Source: Lingula anatina (Eukaryota > Animalia > Brachiopoda). From it: a stretch of 64,000 bases of DNA. The DNA is taken from NCBI GenBank assembly GCA_051362555.1, contig CM120649.1, positions 17,126,567 through 17,190,566 of the forward strand, written 5' to 3'. Positions 1 through 13,825 of the stretch are shown one piece after another; position 1 is the stretch's first letter, and each line of letters opens with the position of its first letter. The notes beneath the pieces are model-generated. The model did not search any database and was not told where the DNA came from. It worked only from the letters and a program-made list of their open reading frames with translations. The position numbers and the translations under genes are program-made.

Positions 1-1160
1 TTCGAATAATTGATAAATTCATTTAAATAGCTGGACGTAATAATAACACCGCAGAGGTAATTTGGAAGGAATGAAAACTCGTTTTAGATAGAAACAAAAA
101 TTAAAAAGGAACTCACACAATGGTGAAAATCAACAAAAAATTATTTGGAAAAAGGCATTCCAAATTCAATGTGAATTCGGTATGAATATCAGTGAGACGC
201 GGTGTTGAAACCGAACGAGACCTTATGTACGTGAGTGGCTGATGTCATCTACGCCAAGGAAAAGATGCCAAAAGCAACCGTTAACAAACGCTTGTACGTT
301 GCACAGGCGTCTAGCACTGCCACGTCCAGTTACACACTGTCCCGAACTTCCAACGTATTGAAAATGTTCTGATGGAAATTCATCTGTGTAGTCGTAAAAT
401 ATGATTCAAGTATTAAACTTATCATTTTCTACACTAAAACGGATGTGATCAAATGCTCTGCCAGGTATAACTCTATTTCTGGTGTAGAAATTGGTAATTT
501 TAATACTTGAATCGTATTGAAAATGTATCAATTATTAAAACATGTACGCTTATTTTCTTAGCAGACTACCGTCCACGTGTGACAGTGATGATAGCCGGCT
601 AGGAAACGTAGTCCGTTTTCCGTTGCCTTGTACCGGTGAATTTCATTCGCTATACTAAACCCAATACTACGACAAATCTTAACTTGCACTAATCATTAAA
701 GGATCAACGGATTTCTCTTTCTTGGCCTATAGCTCCTGGCACACCAGTAACCTTTGAGAAGACTAATGCCACTTACCAGATTATGCTCCCTCTCCTTTGA
801 ACAGTGTCGTACCGTGACAATGTTCTGGTATATTTTCAACTAACGTTAAAATATGATATATGTTCACATCACGTTTGCCGCCCATATCAGACCCGTAGCT
901 TGACAGCCTGTGGAGCATATTTGGGGCAGGTGATCGATTTCAAATAGGTCTAATTGATTATAAAGTCCATGGTGATTGGCAGTGCATATAGCCAGTGTTC
1001 AAGGAATATGAATACATTTCCTGGAAATACATTTCATTCCCATATCAAACCCGTAGGTAAGCCGCCTTTGAGACATATTTGGGGCAGGTCATTAATTCAG
1101 AATGTAGCTAAAACTATAGGTTCAGGTAGAACTGATGTTTGGCAAAACAAACAGTTAGCT
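1..1160 (+). repeat. Segmental direct repeat, copy 1 (runs off the left edge); pairs with 3583-4745
   Basis: Position 1 (ttcgaataattgataaattc) matches 3583 (ttcgaataattaataaattc). The alignment continues with scattered substitutions to ~1160/4745, an offset of about 3.58 kb. Confidence 0.93.
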
Positions 1161-1974
1161 TATTATAAATAATCATTATGTTTGGATTATGAATTCATTT
1201 TGTGTCATATCACAAACACATATATGTTAGTTCGTCTTTGACGTGTGAGATAAATTACTGTCACGAGCGTTATATGCCAGAACGAGGTGTTCGAAGCATA
1301 TATTGTGAGAGGCTGGCAGTTAATTATTTGATGTACATACCGAGAGAAGGTACTTGCATTTTACAAAAAATGCGCTTTTGGCAGTGATGTGTCCTTCATC
1401 TGATATATATGGTGGAGGGGTTATCGAGTACAGTGTGGTTTGGCGTGATTTCACCTTTCACCACTGCTCTGCTTTTATATTATTAATGCGGGTCTCATCG
1501 ATACGGGCAAAAATGAAACCTGTCCTGTACTGTAACCTATGCTAGTCAAGCATGCGCATAATGTAGTGTATGGTGTTAGGGGAATAAAGGGTGGAAGCGA
1601 ACAGTTCGGTGTTGCGTTTTCCTTAGACTTCGAGCCTGTATTTAATGAAACACGTCCTCTCGAGGCTACATGTCCCAAATACTTCTTACGTATGTAGGCC
1701 AAGATCTAAAGCAAAATTGCCATTTGTACTGGACGACAATTTAAAAAAATTAATTGCCCAAATTCGAGTCTGCATTACGAACATCTCTGGCAGAAGATAA
1801 AGGAAAGACGTCACATGCAGGGCTTCCCACGGTTTTAGCCAATCAGAGTGCCGTGGTAGAACCAGACCTCTTAAAATGAGAAAAAAATGTGGCGAAGGAG
1901 TTTAAGTAAGCCGCTTACAAATGTGCACCAATTATTCCACTCCCTCTTCATTATTCGTGAACATGTCTATGGTC

Positions 1975-2686
1975 TTAAAAAAATTTCCAAACTATCCCAT
2001 ATCCTTGATAAAAGTCAAATGGAGAGGATTGTCCATGCCTTTATAACTGCACATCTTGACTACTGAAACAGTCTACTCTTTGGTCTTCCTACCTACCAAA
2101 TTAAAAAACTGCAATCTGTCCAAAATGCTGCAGCACGACTACTGACCAAAACCCTCTCAGATCAAACATTTCACCTATTTTATTTGAACTACATTGGCTT
2201 TCTGTACGACAAAGAATTGTTTTCAAATTACTGAGGAGAATGCCCCTCATATTTTAACTCGATGCTACATCCAAGTACACCCAGTCTCACCAGGTCTACC
2301 AGATCCACCTCCACTCTATGTTTTACCAGAAATGATAATAAAAAACAACCAAAACCTACGGCCCCAGGGCATTTTCAATTGCAGCACCCATTTTGTGGAA
2401 TCAACTACTCTCACACATTCGGACTATTGATAGTGTTGAGGTTTTAAAAAACACTTTTAAAAATTCTTATTTGCACAGTACTTTAATAAATATTTTCTCA
2501 TTTTATCAGAAAAAAGTTTTATTGTTCAGACCATTACTATTTTAACCAGCATTAATTATTTTAATTTTTTACCTTAGCTTTTATCATCTATATAATTAGT
2601 TGTACTTCTGATAATTCTATCTGTAAACAGCATTGAGACGGTAGTGTAGTTCGGTTATAAGAAATAAATATTACTATTATTATTTT
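1975..2686 (+). mobile_element. 5'-truncated, decayed L2-clade (CR1 group) LINE
   Basis: Translates across stops and frameshifts as MERIVHAFITAHLDY*NSLLFGLPTYQIKKLQSVQNAAARLLT, ISPILFELHWLSVRQRIVFKLL and GPRAFSIAAPILWNQL, the typical L2 ORF2 C-terminus. Ends in aataaa plus a (tat)n-like tail at ~2665-2686. Confidence 0.88.
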
Positions 2687-3582
2687 TTAAAAACCTTATT
2701 CATTTCATGTTGTTAATGGTGTTCCTGAATTAATATCTTTTTTGCTATACCAGTCAACTGCTAGCGTTGATGTACAGGTAGCTGTTGGAATTCATTTTTA
2801 TGCTGTTAGAATTTCTGAGAAAATCGAGTGGCTTTAGAAAAGGGCACCATTTTGGAACTTCAATAGGTAACATACACTTAAATTTGTCAAAGCACCACCT
2901 TTCCTTTTTCTATTATATAAAGTGCATATATTTTATTACATAAAATTAAACACGTCTGGAGCAAAACTCTCCTTTCTGTTGTTCTATTCACCTCATCCAC
3001 GCTCTTCCCTTTCTGTATTTTTATTCACCACTCTCACGCGTTTCTTTTTCTGTAGTTTTATTCACTACTCTCACGGGCTTCGCTTTCTGTTGCTTCATTC
3101 ACCACTCTTCAAAACGATTGTGAAATCGGTATGAATATCAGTAAGACGCGGGAATGAAGCCGCACGCTCGGTTTTTCTTCAATTAATCTTCTTTGTTGAA
3201 TGATGGACGATGGCGATCGGTTGGGACGTTGACCCCGAAACTAAATCAGAATTGATCAGGAAGACTGACATGGCGTGAAATACAGCCTCATGCCTATGGA
3301 TTGCACTGAACTTTTGTTAATGGCACATACTTTTGTTAATTCTCTCGAACGGGATTGTAGTACTTATTGTTGTGATTAAAACCGTGTTGATAGCTGTTCA
3401 GCTGTAAACACAACTTTGCATGGTGCAAAATAAATATAAATATATTTATAAAGAATTACGTCAGACGCGCTTCTAATCGCTGTTCTGATTGGATATTGGC
3501 GTATTTGTGCCTTGTGTTAATAGATGAAAACTTTTCAAGATGGAGGAAGTAGAATGGCCATTTTAAAATGGTTGCCAAATAC

Positions 3583-4745
3583 TTCGAATAATTAATAAAT
3601 TCATTTAAATAGCTGGATGTAATAATAACACCGCAGAGGTGATTTGGAAGGAATGAAAACACGTTTTAGATAGAAACAAAAATTAAAAAGGAACTCACAC
3701 AATGGTGAAAATCAACAAAAAATTATTTGGAAAAAGGCATTCCAAATTCAATGTGAATTCGGTATGAATATCAGTGAGACGCGGTGTTGAAACCGAACAA
3801 GACCTTATGTACGTGAGTGGCTGATGTCATCTACGCGAAGGAAAAGATGCCAAAAGCAACCGCTAACAAACGCTTGTACGTTGCACAGGCGTCTAGCACT
3901 GCCACGTCCAGTTACACACTGTCCCAAACTTCCAACGTATTGAAAATGTTCTGATGGAAATTCATCTGTGTAGTCGTAAAATATGATTCAAGTATTAAAC
4001 TTATCAGTTTCTACACTAAAACGGATGTTATCAAAAGCTCTGCCAGGTATAACTCTATTTCTAGTGTAGAAATTGGTAATTTTAATACTTGAATCGTATT
4101 GAAAATGTATCTATTATTAAAACATGTACGCTAATTTTCTTAGCAGACTACCGTCCACGTGTGACAATGATGATAGCCGGCTAGAAAACGTAGTCCGTTT
4201 TCCGTTGCCTTGTACCGGTGAATTTCATTCGCTATACTAAACCCAATACTACGTCATATCTTAACTTGCACTAATCATAAAAGGATCAACGGATTTCTCT
4301 TTCTTGGCCTATAGCTCCTGGCACACCAGTAACCTTTGAGAAGACTAATGCCACTTACCAGATTATGCTCCCTTTCCTTTGAACAGTGTCGTGCCGTGAC
4401 AATGTTCTGGTATATTTTCAACTAACGTTAAAATATGATATGTGTTCACATCACGTTTGCCGCCCATATCAGACCGGTAGCTTGACAGCCTATGGAGCAT
4501 ACAATATTTGGGGCAGGTCATCAATTCCAAATAGGTCTAATTGATTATAAAGGCCATGGTGATTGGTAGTGCATATAGCCAGTGTTCACCGAATATGGTT
4601 ACATTTCCTGGAAATACAGTTCATTCCAGTATCAAACCCGTAGCTAAGCCGCCTTTCGGACGTATTTGGGGCAGGCCATTTAATAAGAATTAACTAAAAC
4701 TACAGGCTCAGGCAGAACTGATGATTGGCAAAACAAACAGCTTGT
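3583..4745 (+). repeat. Segmental direct repeat, copy 2 of 1-1160
   Basis: Near-identical to 1-1160. Similarity stops at ~4745 (caaaacaaacagcttg). Confidence 0.93.
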
Positions 4746-6244
4746 TATCTCTGATGCAAGTGTACGTTGCACCAGTTGTGCTGGATTCCCCGGCTCCTCA
4801 ATCACAATAAAACAAAAACAATAATATAAAATAAATCTTACAACCAATGTGACAATAATCCTGCCCTTGCACTGAATATAAAGAAGCTTCTGCTAGAGAA
4901 TTTACCTGGCAGTGACCCAGCACCAGTGGAGATGGGAGTTACTTGCAGTAATGTCCACTACATTTTGAATGCTGATTAATTCACTTGATTGTATCTCTGT
5001 GAAGAATGAAGCCTCTATTCAGGGATATACTTGCCCCCTCCCTACACATAACTATTGTCTTAGGAATGGGAGGTAGAGGACAGGGAGGATGGCACAATGT
5101 TTTGTTGAGACTGGCCCCTGTCTTCTTGACGTGGATTTCTTCCACGACTTCCCTGTGATTTTCTCTTGGTTCTCTGTCAATCACCTTGATTTTTCCACAT
5201 GGGTCCATGTGATACTTGACAATATCTTGTCGTCAGTTTACCACCCTGATACCAATAAAGCTTATGGTAATGAGACAATGCAAGACATTGAGTAAAGGGG
5301 TTCTTTTCGTCTGCTGAAATCTGTGCAGTATTTGTTCAATGAAAAGGTAAATGCAGAAAATAAAGGTATGGGAAAATAAAGCACATTCACTTACAAGGTA
5401 TCTGGTCATTATACCAAAAGAAAAACAAAACTTTTTGTATCAAGTTTGCTAATATTTCCAACTTAAATCAATAACTGTAAAAGTCAGGATCCTACACAAG
5501 ACAAGAAATATATGTTTGGATAATAATATCAAAAATAAACAACAGTTTAAATCTGTTTATATGACCATTAAGTAAGAATCTCTTCTAAAATGAATGTAAA
5601 TAAAGATCACAGTTAGATAATAAATGTGCCCAACAGTTTCATAATATATCTGTCATAAATCTTCCCACTTAATTCGCATTGGCAAAAGAAACACCACATT
5701 CATTGAACTTTTAAAAAGAATTTGCCTTATTGATAAAAGATATGAATAAGAGTTTATTCACAATGAGCATAGAACGCTTTCCTTAGGAGAGAATACGAAA
5801 TGATCTAAAACACGTCCCAAGTATTTTCGCGATACGCATAAAGTATTCTTGGTGTTTTTCTGAAAACTCTTCAGTGATGTGACCTTAGTGGCTCCTCATT
5901 CCCTGTCGTGTGTTTATGAAGATATTGTGTAATTCTGAAAACAATTGATACATTCCGTCATGGGTTTATCACTGTGTGGATGATGAACATACCAATAGCA
6001 GTCGAGGTGCTCAATGCCACACCCCTCCTCCAAATAATACTTTTAAAGTTGCATTCGATGAACAAATGATTTGGGTTTTAAAAAGCTTTTATCAGGTATG
6101 ACCGAAAATTATAAGAAAAGAAAAGAAGAAACAATTGTTCTGCAGAGATAAATTTATTCCGAGAAATCTGCTGTGTAAGCATAAATGGCAAATTGGAGTA
6201 GATCTAGTACATTAGTAAGTTATTTCCACTGACGTGGACAGGGC

Positions 6245-9200
6245 TCAAATGTACAAGCATGGAGTAGACAAAGCCAAATTGGGTTTACCGACACCCGCAA
6301 GTATTCCACGTAATGCGTACTGTATGATGTACTCATTGGTGTAGTTGACGACCTGGGCAGAGGGTGAGGTGATAGTACCGTTATCTCTGAGGACCTGCAA
6401 CAAGGCAGCTGCGGCGCCGGTCACAAACGGAGCTGCCATGGAGGTGCCACTCATTATAGTATATTTATCGTTTCCAGAAAAGTCAGCAGCTTCGATACTC
6501 TCACCCGGGGCGAAAAGATCTAAGCAAGAACCATGATGACTGAAATTAGTCTTTTCAAAGTGGACATTAAAAGCTCCGACAGTGAGGGCATTTGGCGTGC
6601 TAGCTGGAGAATCAGTACAACCGTCTGCATTGGAATTACCTGCTGCAACAATTGCGGGGATTCCAGCTGCGAGTAGATCATCGACTGCGTCGTTCATAGA
6701 CCTGATGAACGGCCCACCAAGACTGAAGTTAATAACGGAGAGTCGCCCATTGTTTTGCACCGTTTTCTTTACCCACAGAGAACCCTGCAATACATTGGAT
6801 GTATAACAATTCCCCTCATATGAACAAACCTTCAGGGAAATGATGTTAGCACTCTTTGCCACGCCAGAATTGACTCCTCCGATGATACTGGCCACGTGAG
6901 TACCATGACCTTGGTCATCCACACTCGTAGATGTCGGCCAGCCTGAAAAAAAAGAAGCATTGATAAAACCAACCATTTTATGTATTAAACCTAAAACTGA
7001 TTTAAGTTGAACTTCTTTGATATGATTTCACAACTAAGAAGCAACAAAGCGTCCATGGGCGTCAACAGGGGGGTGTCAATGGGGTCACTTGACCCCCCCC
7101 CCCCTCCGTACTTTTGGCGGGCACGTTCATTGCGGGTACCCATCCAATCATTATCTCCCCCTTCAATGACTTTGACACCCCCCCCCCCCCCCCGGAAAAT
7201 TGTCTGCGGACGCCCATGAAAGCGTCTTATTTCAGTTGAAAACTCACCAATGGTACAAAATTGGCCCAAATATAACTATCCTGTACTATAAAAAACAGAT
7301 ATTTGAGATGTATAATGGCAGTTGTATTGTAACTATATTTTATGAGCAGCTATCATATTGCAGAAGAGACAACATTCCCATTTCCATGCAACATTAAGAG
7401 AATCCAGATTTCCCAATCTTCACATTGCGGAGATAAATTCACTCTCTCAGGACAAGGCGTTTTCTTTTTAAACCTAGTAATGGAAAACGCTTGCATTAGC
7501 TGTCGTTGTACTTAAGACCGACGTGCTCCCTTTTTGGACCCCTTTTGCAAAATCAGGTGTTGTTTTGCTGCAACGCCGCATGAAGAAAATCACAAAGCAA
7601 CTCACCAATAGTAACTCTCCCCATGAAATCTTCGTGGTTTAGATTGATGCCTGTGTCTGCCACATATACATCTATTCCCTCTCCATCACCCCATATTTCA
7701 TACTCGTAATTGTATTGATTACCATCAAGAGCATCCAACCCCTGCAAGTAAAGGTTATACAAAATATGAAAGTAGCTTTGGCATATTGCCACGGCTGCAA
7801 CGAATTCTTACATAAATTTTCCAGATATGTAGAACATAGAAAACGCTTCATTTAACCAATCCATCCTTTTGATTTTAGAGTTGACATTATAAATCTTTTT
7901 ATTTGCTGGGCAGTTTTGAGATAGACGTTTGCAACTGGACTCGTCAACAGCAAATTAAATGACCTTTAACTTCATATATTGCTGAGATTTATGACAAAGA
8001 TTACAAGACTTTAATCTTATAAGTGTTAGCAATAATCAAATTGATTAAAATATTTAGAAAAGTTTGTTCACTTCGTGACGGAGAGTGAACTGCCTTTAGA
8101 AATCAGAATAATCAACATTCTAAAAAGTTTTAATAATTATATTATATGAAACCATTAAGTTATATAAGGTCGACCTTTCTGACCGGAAATCAGCATGAAA
8201 TACCCAATTATAACTTCCATTGCCATCGTATTGTGCATAGTACACTTTGCAGTATTCCGTGGTTAGTGTTAACTTGACATCCTGTTCAATTTCATCAATG
8301 GCATCAATGAGTTCACGCAAATCGTGGAGGTTGCTTAAAACATTGTTAAATAAACTCATAAATACAGTCAAATATTTCAAAAAGGTTTATGTACTTCCTA
8401 AGTGTTATTAAATACTATTACTATTATTAATTGATGACCAATACGTATTTTAATTATTTTCTCCTTTAGAACTTTGCTTTTTAGCTCAAGGTATTATTTG
8501 ATCTGTAGTTCATAGCGAAGACGATGATAAAATATTTTTATTTATAAAACAATTTTTTAGAAATGTGTAGAAACGGATGAAAAACACACTGTCAAAATGT
8601 ATCCAACCTTTTACTTATGTTTCGCAGAATGAGGAAATCCTTGTCTCTATTAAACTTAACTTGTTGTCTTCGTTCAGGTTCTTTGATGATTCTACGGACT
8701 AGATAAATTAAAGTATGTTTCTTGTAAATGGTTAAAATGATAAATCCATTTAAGGCTACAATAGAGCAGAGATGGATCGGATCCTAAGCCCATATTAGAA
8801 AAAATACAAAGGCACCCAGAGAACTCAGTTAATAGAAAGGCTATCACCAAAATGTTGTCACTTTAAAGCTAGTCCATTGAAAGTGCAAAATACAGGTGAC
8901 AGATCACAAAATGAACACTTTTATTTTACTGAACATTGTTTACACAACAAAAAGCAAAAGTTTCAGAGCAAACATGCGTCAGCGTCATTGTTTTTTTTTT
9001 TTTTTTTTCCAATGTGCTTGCTTGCAGCGTCAACGGCGTTTGGTTGAATTGATCATCACAACCACAAATGCTAGACGACCTTAATGTCCTCTCACGTTGC
9101 CCTGCGATCCAGTAAAATTAAAACAACTTCTCTCAATATACATTCAGATATAAATATAGGAACAAAGTTTACTTACTTCGAACGTGCTTTGCATCAGGCA

Positions 9201-9857
9201 AAAGTCGAGCGATGTATTGTCCTTGTATCCCAGAACCGTCCATATACTCAATAAGGGGCACTGAGGGAGATATGAATAAGAGTAAATCACCCACTGTTAA
9301 AATATTCCTTTGCAATTTAGTTTGGATAATTTTAAACCAACATCATATTTTTCCTCGATGAGTTAAAGGCCTCTTTTTGGTCACTTACAATGCTCTATAC
9401 TTCAAAGTAACTGATCAAATAATCTTGTCATGTAAGATTTGTTTTTTAAAATTGCCAAGTGTTAAACATCAACAATCAAATGAACAAATCTATAAGATGC
9501 CTTTCCTTCATACATTGACAGAAAAATTGGTGTTATTTAACAAATAGAGCATGAGCAATGTGGGAAGTATTATAAAGATTTCCTACACTATGTTGTGTGA
9601 ATATGTCTCAAATGAACAAACTCATTTTGTGTAGTTTATCAACCATTCTACTTGCCTAAGCCTTGTTCTTCTGACACTTTCAATACACCAGCATCTTGCA
9701 ACTTTTTCCGAATGGCTTCGTGGTCTCCTTTTTTCCTCGGTGGTGCCTCGGGTGCGTCTCCAGTCAAAACGTTGTTCTCCTGCGCCGCTCTCTGATATGC
9801 ACTTGTCATTGTAAAAATCCAGAAAGCCAAAACACCTATGAGTGCCGATGCCTGCAT
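6245..9857 (-). CDS. Secreted subtilisin-like S8A serine protease (proteinase K/aqualysin-like) with I9-type propeptide, paralog A, ~446 aa
   Basis: Six phase-compatible exons: 9857-9656, 9260-9177, 8698-8608, 8333-8204, 7741-7606, 6942-6245. Signal peptide MQASALIGVLAFWIF; propeptide motifs IQGQYIARL and IEQD; WGLD across exons 4/5; triad VADTG, HGTH, GTSMA; oxyanion AGN. Confidence 0.93.
7054..7218. mobile_element. hAT-type MITE in intron 5 of protease A
   Basis: TIRs catgggcgtc...gacgcccatg; exact 8-bp TSD aaagcgtc at 7046-7053 and 7219-7226; absent at the equivalent site of paralog B (~15975). Confidence 0.9.
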
Positions 9858-10707
9858 ACTTCTATAAACAATTATTTAAATTATTTTAAATGGAAAACTT
9901 ATTTAGTCTTTTAGAAAAATAGTATGATTTCAAATAAGATAATATGAGGTTTTCAAATTAGTTTTTCTTTATGCGTCTTTATGATTATTGCCATTTAAAA
10001 TAATTTATGCAGTCAAATGTTCACAAGCACAAAGAAGCTCAGTTTTTGCTCAAAATGAAATATGAAATAAGGTCATATGGCTAATATTATCATTTATTAA
10101 AATGGCTAAACTTGATACGATACGGAGAAACAAGGTTGGGGATGGTAACAACATTGCATTAAATGATCACCCTACACCCCATAAAATGGAGCAAAGAGTT
10201 GGCAAAGAGCAAAACAATGACTGGCAAAGAGTAACTTTGGCCAATGAAATGTAATATGATACGAAATGACAAGATGGGGGGGGGGGGGGGTAGTAACAAC
10301 ATCAAATTAAATTACCGAACATAGATCTAGATAGACAGATGACCCCTTACCTCTATGCTGATGAAATGGATGTAATAATGTAATAATGTAAAGTCCGGTT
10401 GAATTCCATAACTAACACGAAACTAAAACAATCGGATCCAGACATTTGGAAGGGGTGGACACAGGGTAGAAGAATATACATTTTACTACTCTGTGCTTGG
10501 TATCAAACCGTTAACAATGACATTTGTACTATAATATATGGGAGACAGCTAAATTTTGTCCGATTTTCTCGATGTACTGTTTTTGGGAGATATAAAGGAG
10601 AAAGAAAAACATCAGAAGTGAATATCTTGGGAGAGGTGTTAGACAATATTACAAGGATTATATTGGATATATACTATTGTGCATGAAAGAATTTCTATAG
10701 AACTTAA

Positions 10708-11040
10708 AGGGATAATAACTCTTCGTTTCAGCCAAAAAATTAATTTTCCTGGAGTAAGCATCGATTTACCCATAATTACCAATGGTTAATGAATCCATTT
10801 TTACATCCAAAGTTAGTCCGTGTTTTTTTTTTCTTTCTTAATTTTTTTTTTAAATCTCTTAAGAGATTTGAACAGAGTATAGCCATCAATGGAGGTCACG
10901 TGGTCTAAAGACAAGCTCAGATTTTAGAATAATAGCTATAACTGCCGTTTTTGTGGTAAAAAAATATATCATATTTCTTTGAGTTATTCACAATGTTTTT
11001 ATTGTGAAATAAAGATCTCATACGAAGGGTTATTATCCCT
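10708..11040. mobile_element. Kolobok-type non-autonomous DNA transposon
   Basis: TIRs agggataataactcttcgt / acgaagggttattatccct flanked by TTAA on both sides, with AG...CT termini. Absent from the paralogous upstream region of gene B (~19910). Confidence 0.8.
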
Positions 11041-11929
11041 TTAAGAAAAGCAACTAGTAAAATACTCGTAAAATATTTGAAAGCTTATCTTGTTGTCGTA
11101 TTGCACTTGCCGGTACTTAGAGCTTTCTCGTTTGGTTCCCAACGAATTTCAAATTTCATGAGGGTTAATACTGGTAGGGATATGACTAAAGGCAATACAA
11201 TAATGTAACGCAAAGGTAGCTTTTATCCAAGAAATAACGTTAACACTGCATGGCATTTATGGCCTGCCCGCATTAATGTAGTTTTTGTTAGATTTAATAT
11301 TGGAAGGACGCCCGATTTTGTGATGGTAGAACGTATCGAATTTTCCATACCAGGTCAACGGCTGACGTTTATGTTTCTCCTAGAATATTATAAACGTTAA
11401 AATTTTCAATGACATGTAAATTTAGCAAGGGGTAACATAAAGGTGGTTCGATAGGTTGTAATTACCTAAATTAGTCAAAATAACATTTCTTTCCTATTTC
11501 TTTTTCTGTCTAACATTCATATCCAGATATTAATGCAATACTTTTCTCTTAAAAAATTAGATCAAAAACACACTTTTCATTATTTTGTTCACCACCCCAT
11601 GCAGATCTTGCACTTAGCTCTGTCCCTGTTTACCGTCAACTTATATGTTTCTAGAATCGCAGCAGTCTAACTACGCCTTAACTCAGGAGTTAAGTTAGGC
11701 AAAGTCTGAAAAAACTGGTGATTCAGCAAAAATTGATCTTCTTTACTTGACTGGATGATGTCCTTAACTAGGAGAAAAATGCGCCAGGACAGCGAATTTC
11801 ATGCTGGTGCATTTTAGAACAAATCCCCATATTATACCTGTCAAGAGCTAGCGTTGATGTAGCTGCTGGAATTCATTTTTATGCTGTTAAAATTTCTGAG
11901 AAAATCATTAACAAACACTTCTTTGTTGC

Positions 11930-13465
11930 ATTGCCACGTCCAGTAGCATGCTGTCCCGAACTTACAACGTATTGACAATTTATCTATCATTAAAACATGT
12001 GTGCTAATTTTCCTAGCCGACTACCATCCAGGTGAGACACTAATGGTAGTCGGCAAGGAAACGTAGTCCGTTTTCCGTTATTTTACACAGATGCATTTCA
12101 TCTGATATACTAGAACTAATCTTAACTTGTACTAATCATAAAGGGATCCCCGGACTCCTATTTCTTGGGCTACCTTTCCTGGCACACAAGTAACCTTTGT
12201 GAAGAGTAATGCCACTTACCAAATGATGCTCCTTTTCCTTTTAACAGTGTCGTGCCGTGACAACGTTCTGGTATATTTTCAGATAACATTTAAATATGAT
12301 ATATGTTCACATCACGTTTGCCGCCCATATCAGACCCGTAGCTTGGCAGGATATGGAGCATATTTGGGGCAGTCATTATTAACATGTGAGCTAATTTTAA
12401 AGATAGCCCAGTTACCTTCGTAGAGAGTAATGCAACTTACCAAATGTTGCTCCTTTTCCTTTGAACAGTGTCGTGTTCCATATGACCACGTTCTGGTATA
12501 TTTTCAGCTAATGGTAAACATTAAATATGATCATATCACGTGTGCCGCCCAAATCAGACCCGTAGATGTAGCTAGGCTGGCTATGGAGCATATTTGGGGC
12601 AGGCCATCAATTCCAAATAGGTCTAATTGATTATAAAGCCCATTGTGATTGGCAGTGCATATAGCCAGTGTTCACCGAACATGAATACATTTCCTGGAAA
12701 TATATTTTATTCCCAGCTAAGCCGCTTTTGGGACATACATGAATTTATGGCAGGTCATTAATCCAGAATGCATAACTATAACTTCAGGTACAGGCAGAAC
12801 TAATGATCGGCAAAACTAACAGCTTGTGTAGGGATTATAATGAATAGTCGTAATGTATGAATTATGAATTCATTTCGTGTTATATATCAGAAAAAACATA
12901 AATCTTAGTACTACTTTCACGTGTGAGATAAATTACTGTCACGAGCGTTAAATGCCGGAACGAGGCATATATCGCGAGAGGCTGGTAGTTAATCATTTGA
13001 TATTAATTATTTAATTATTAGAGAAGTACTCGCATTTCACCAAAATGCTCTTTTGGCAGTGATGTGTCTTTCATATAATATGTGTGGCGGAAGTTTACCG
13101 GATGTAGAATGGGTTGGCGTGGTTTTACCTTTAACCACCGCTCTCCTTTTATATTATTAAAGCGGGTCTCACCGATACGGGTAAAAATGAAACAAGTCCC
13201 AGCCTATTCTTACGTATGTATAGGCCATGATCTAAAGAAAAACTGTCCTTTGTAACGGGCGGCAATAAAAAAATGTTAATTACTCCAGATTCGAGTCTGC
13301 ATTACGAACCTCTTTGGCCCAAAATAAAGAGGAGGTCCCGAAAGTCTTAGCCAATCGGAATGCGCTGGTAGAATCAGCACTCGTTCAAAATATGGCGAAG
13401 GAGTTTCAAGTAAATCGCTTAAAAATGCATGCTAATTATACCATTCTCCCTTCATTATTTGTTAA
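11930..13465 (+). repeat. Intergenic spacer of the protease duplication unit, homologous to ~320-1970, ~3900-4745 and ~22020-22635
   Basis: Shared blocks include gccacttaccaaatgatgctcc, catatcagacccgtagct, catatttggggcagg and gagataaattactgtcacgagcgtta. It has an internal ~230-bp tandem duplication at ~12200-12605. Confidence 0.9.
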
Positions 13466-13825
13466 CATATCTGTGCACTTTAGTATCGAAAGAATTCATC
13501 AATTTTTGTGGTAGGTTAAAATAGTCCGGAAATAGTGTATTTCTGAAGAAAATTTTTATTTATCCCGCAATGGGTTTCGCTGTCACTGTGTGCAGACGAT
13601 AGACATATAGCAGTCGAAGTATTCAGTGCCCCACTTCACCCCCCTCACCCAAATAAAAAAAAAATTAGCAAGATTCGATGAACGAATGGTTTGGATTTAA
13701 AAAAGACTTTAAAAAGGTATGATTGAAAATAATAAGAAAAAAAAACTAGTTCTGCAGTGATAAATTTATTCAGAGAAATCTGCTCTGAAAACATAAAACG
13801 CCAATAGGAGTAGATCCAGTACATA

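Noticed and set aside
880-1095. Recurrent catatttggggcagg units as a CRISPR-like array
   Set aside because: Irregular spacing, homologous intervening sequence, eukaryotic context and no cas genes. Explained by internal tandem duplication.
1-4745. Direct repeats 1-1160 / 3583-4745 as LTRs of a retrotransposon
   Set aside because: No gag/pol between them (only an L2 relic), no TG...CA ends or PBS identified, and the same sequence recurs as the protease-unit spacer.
6345-6806. Plus-strand ORFs overlapping the protease exons (also 15464-15742 and 45679-45873)
   Set aside because: Antisense shadows of the real coding exons.
6245-6976. Recent horizontal transfer of a bacterial or fungal aqualysin/proteinase K gene
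   Set aside because: All three genes have five conserved spliceosomal introns, and S8A proteases are known in invertebrates. Nothing in the sequence indicates recent transfer.
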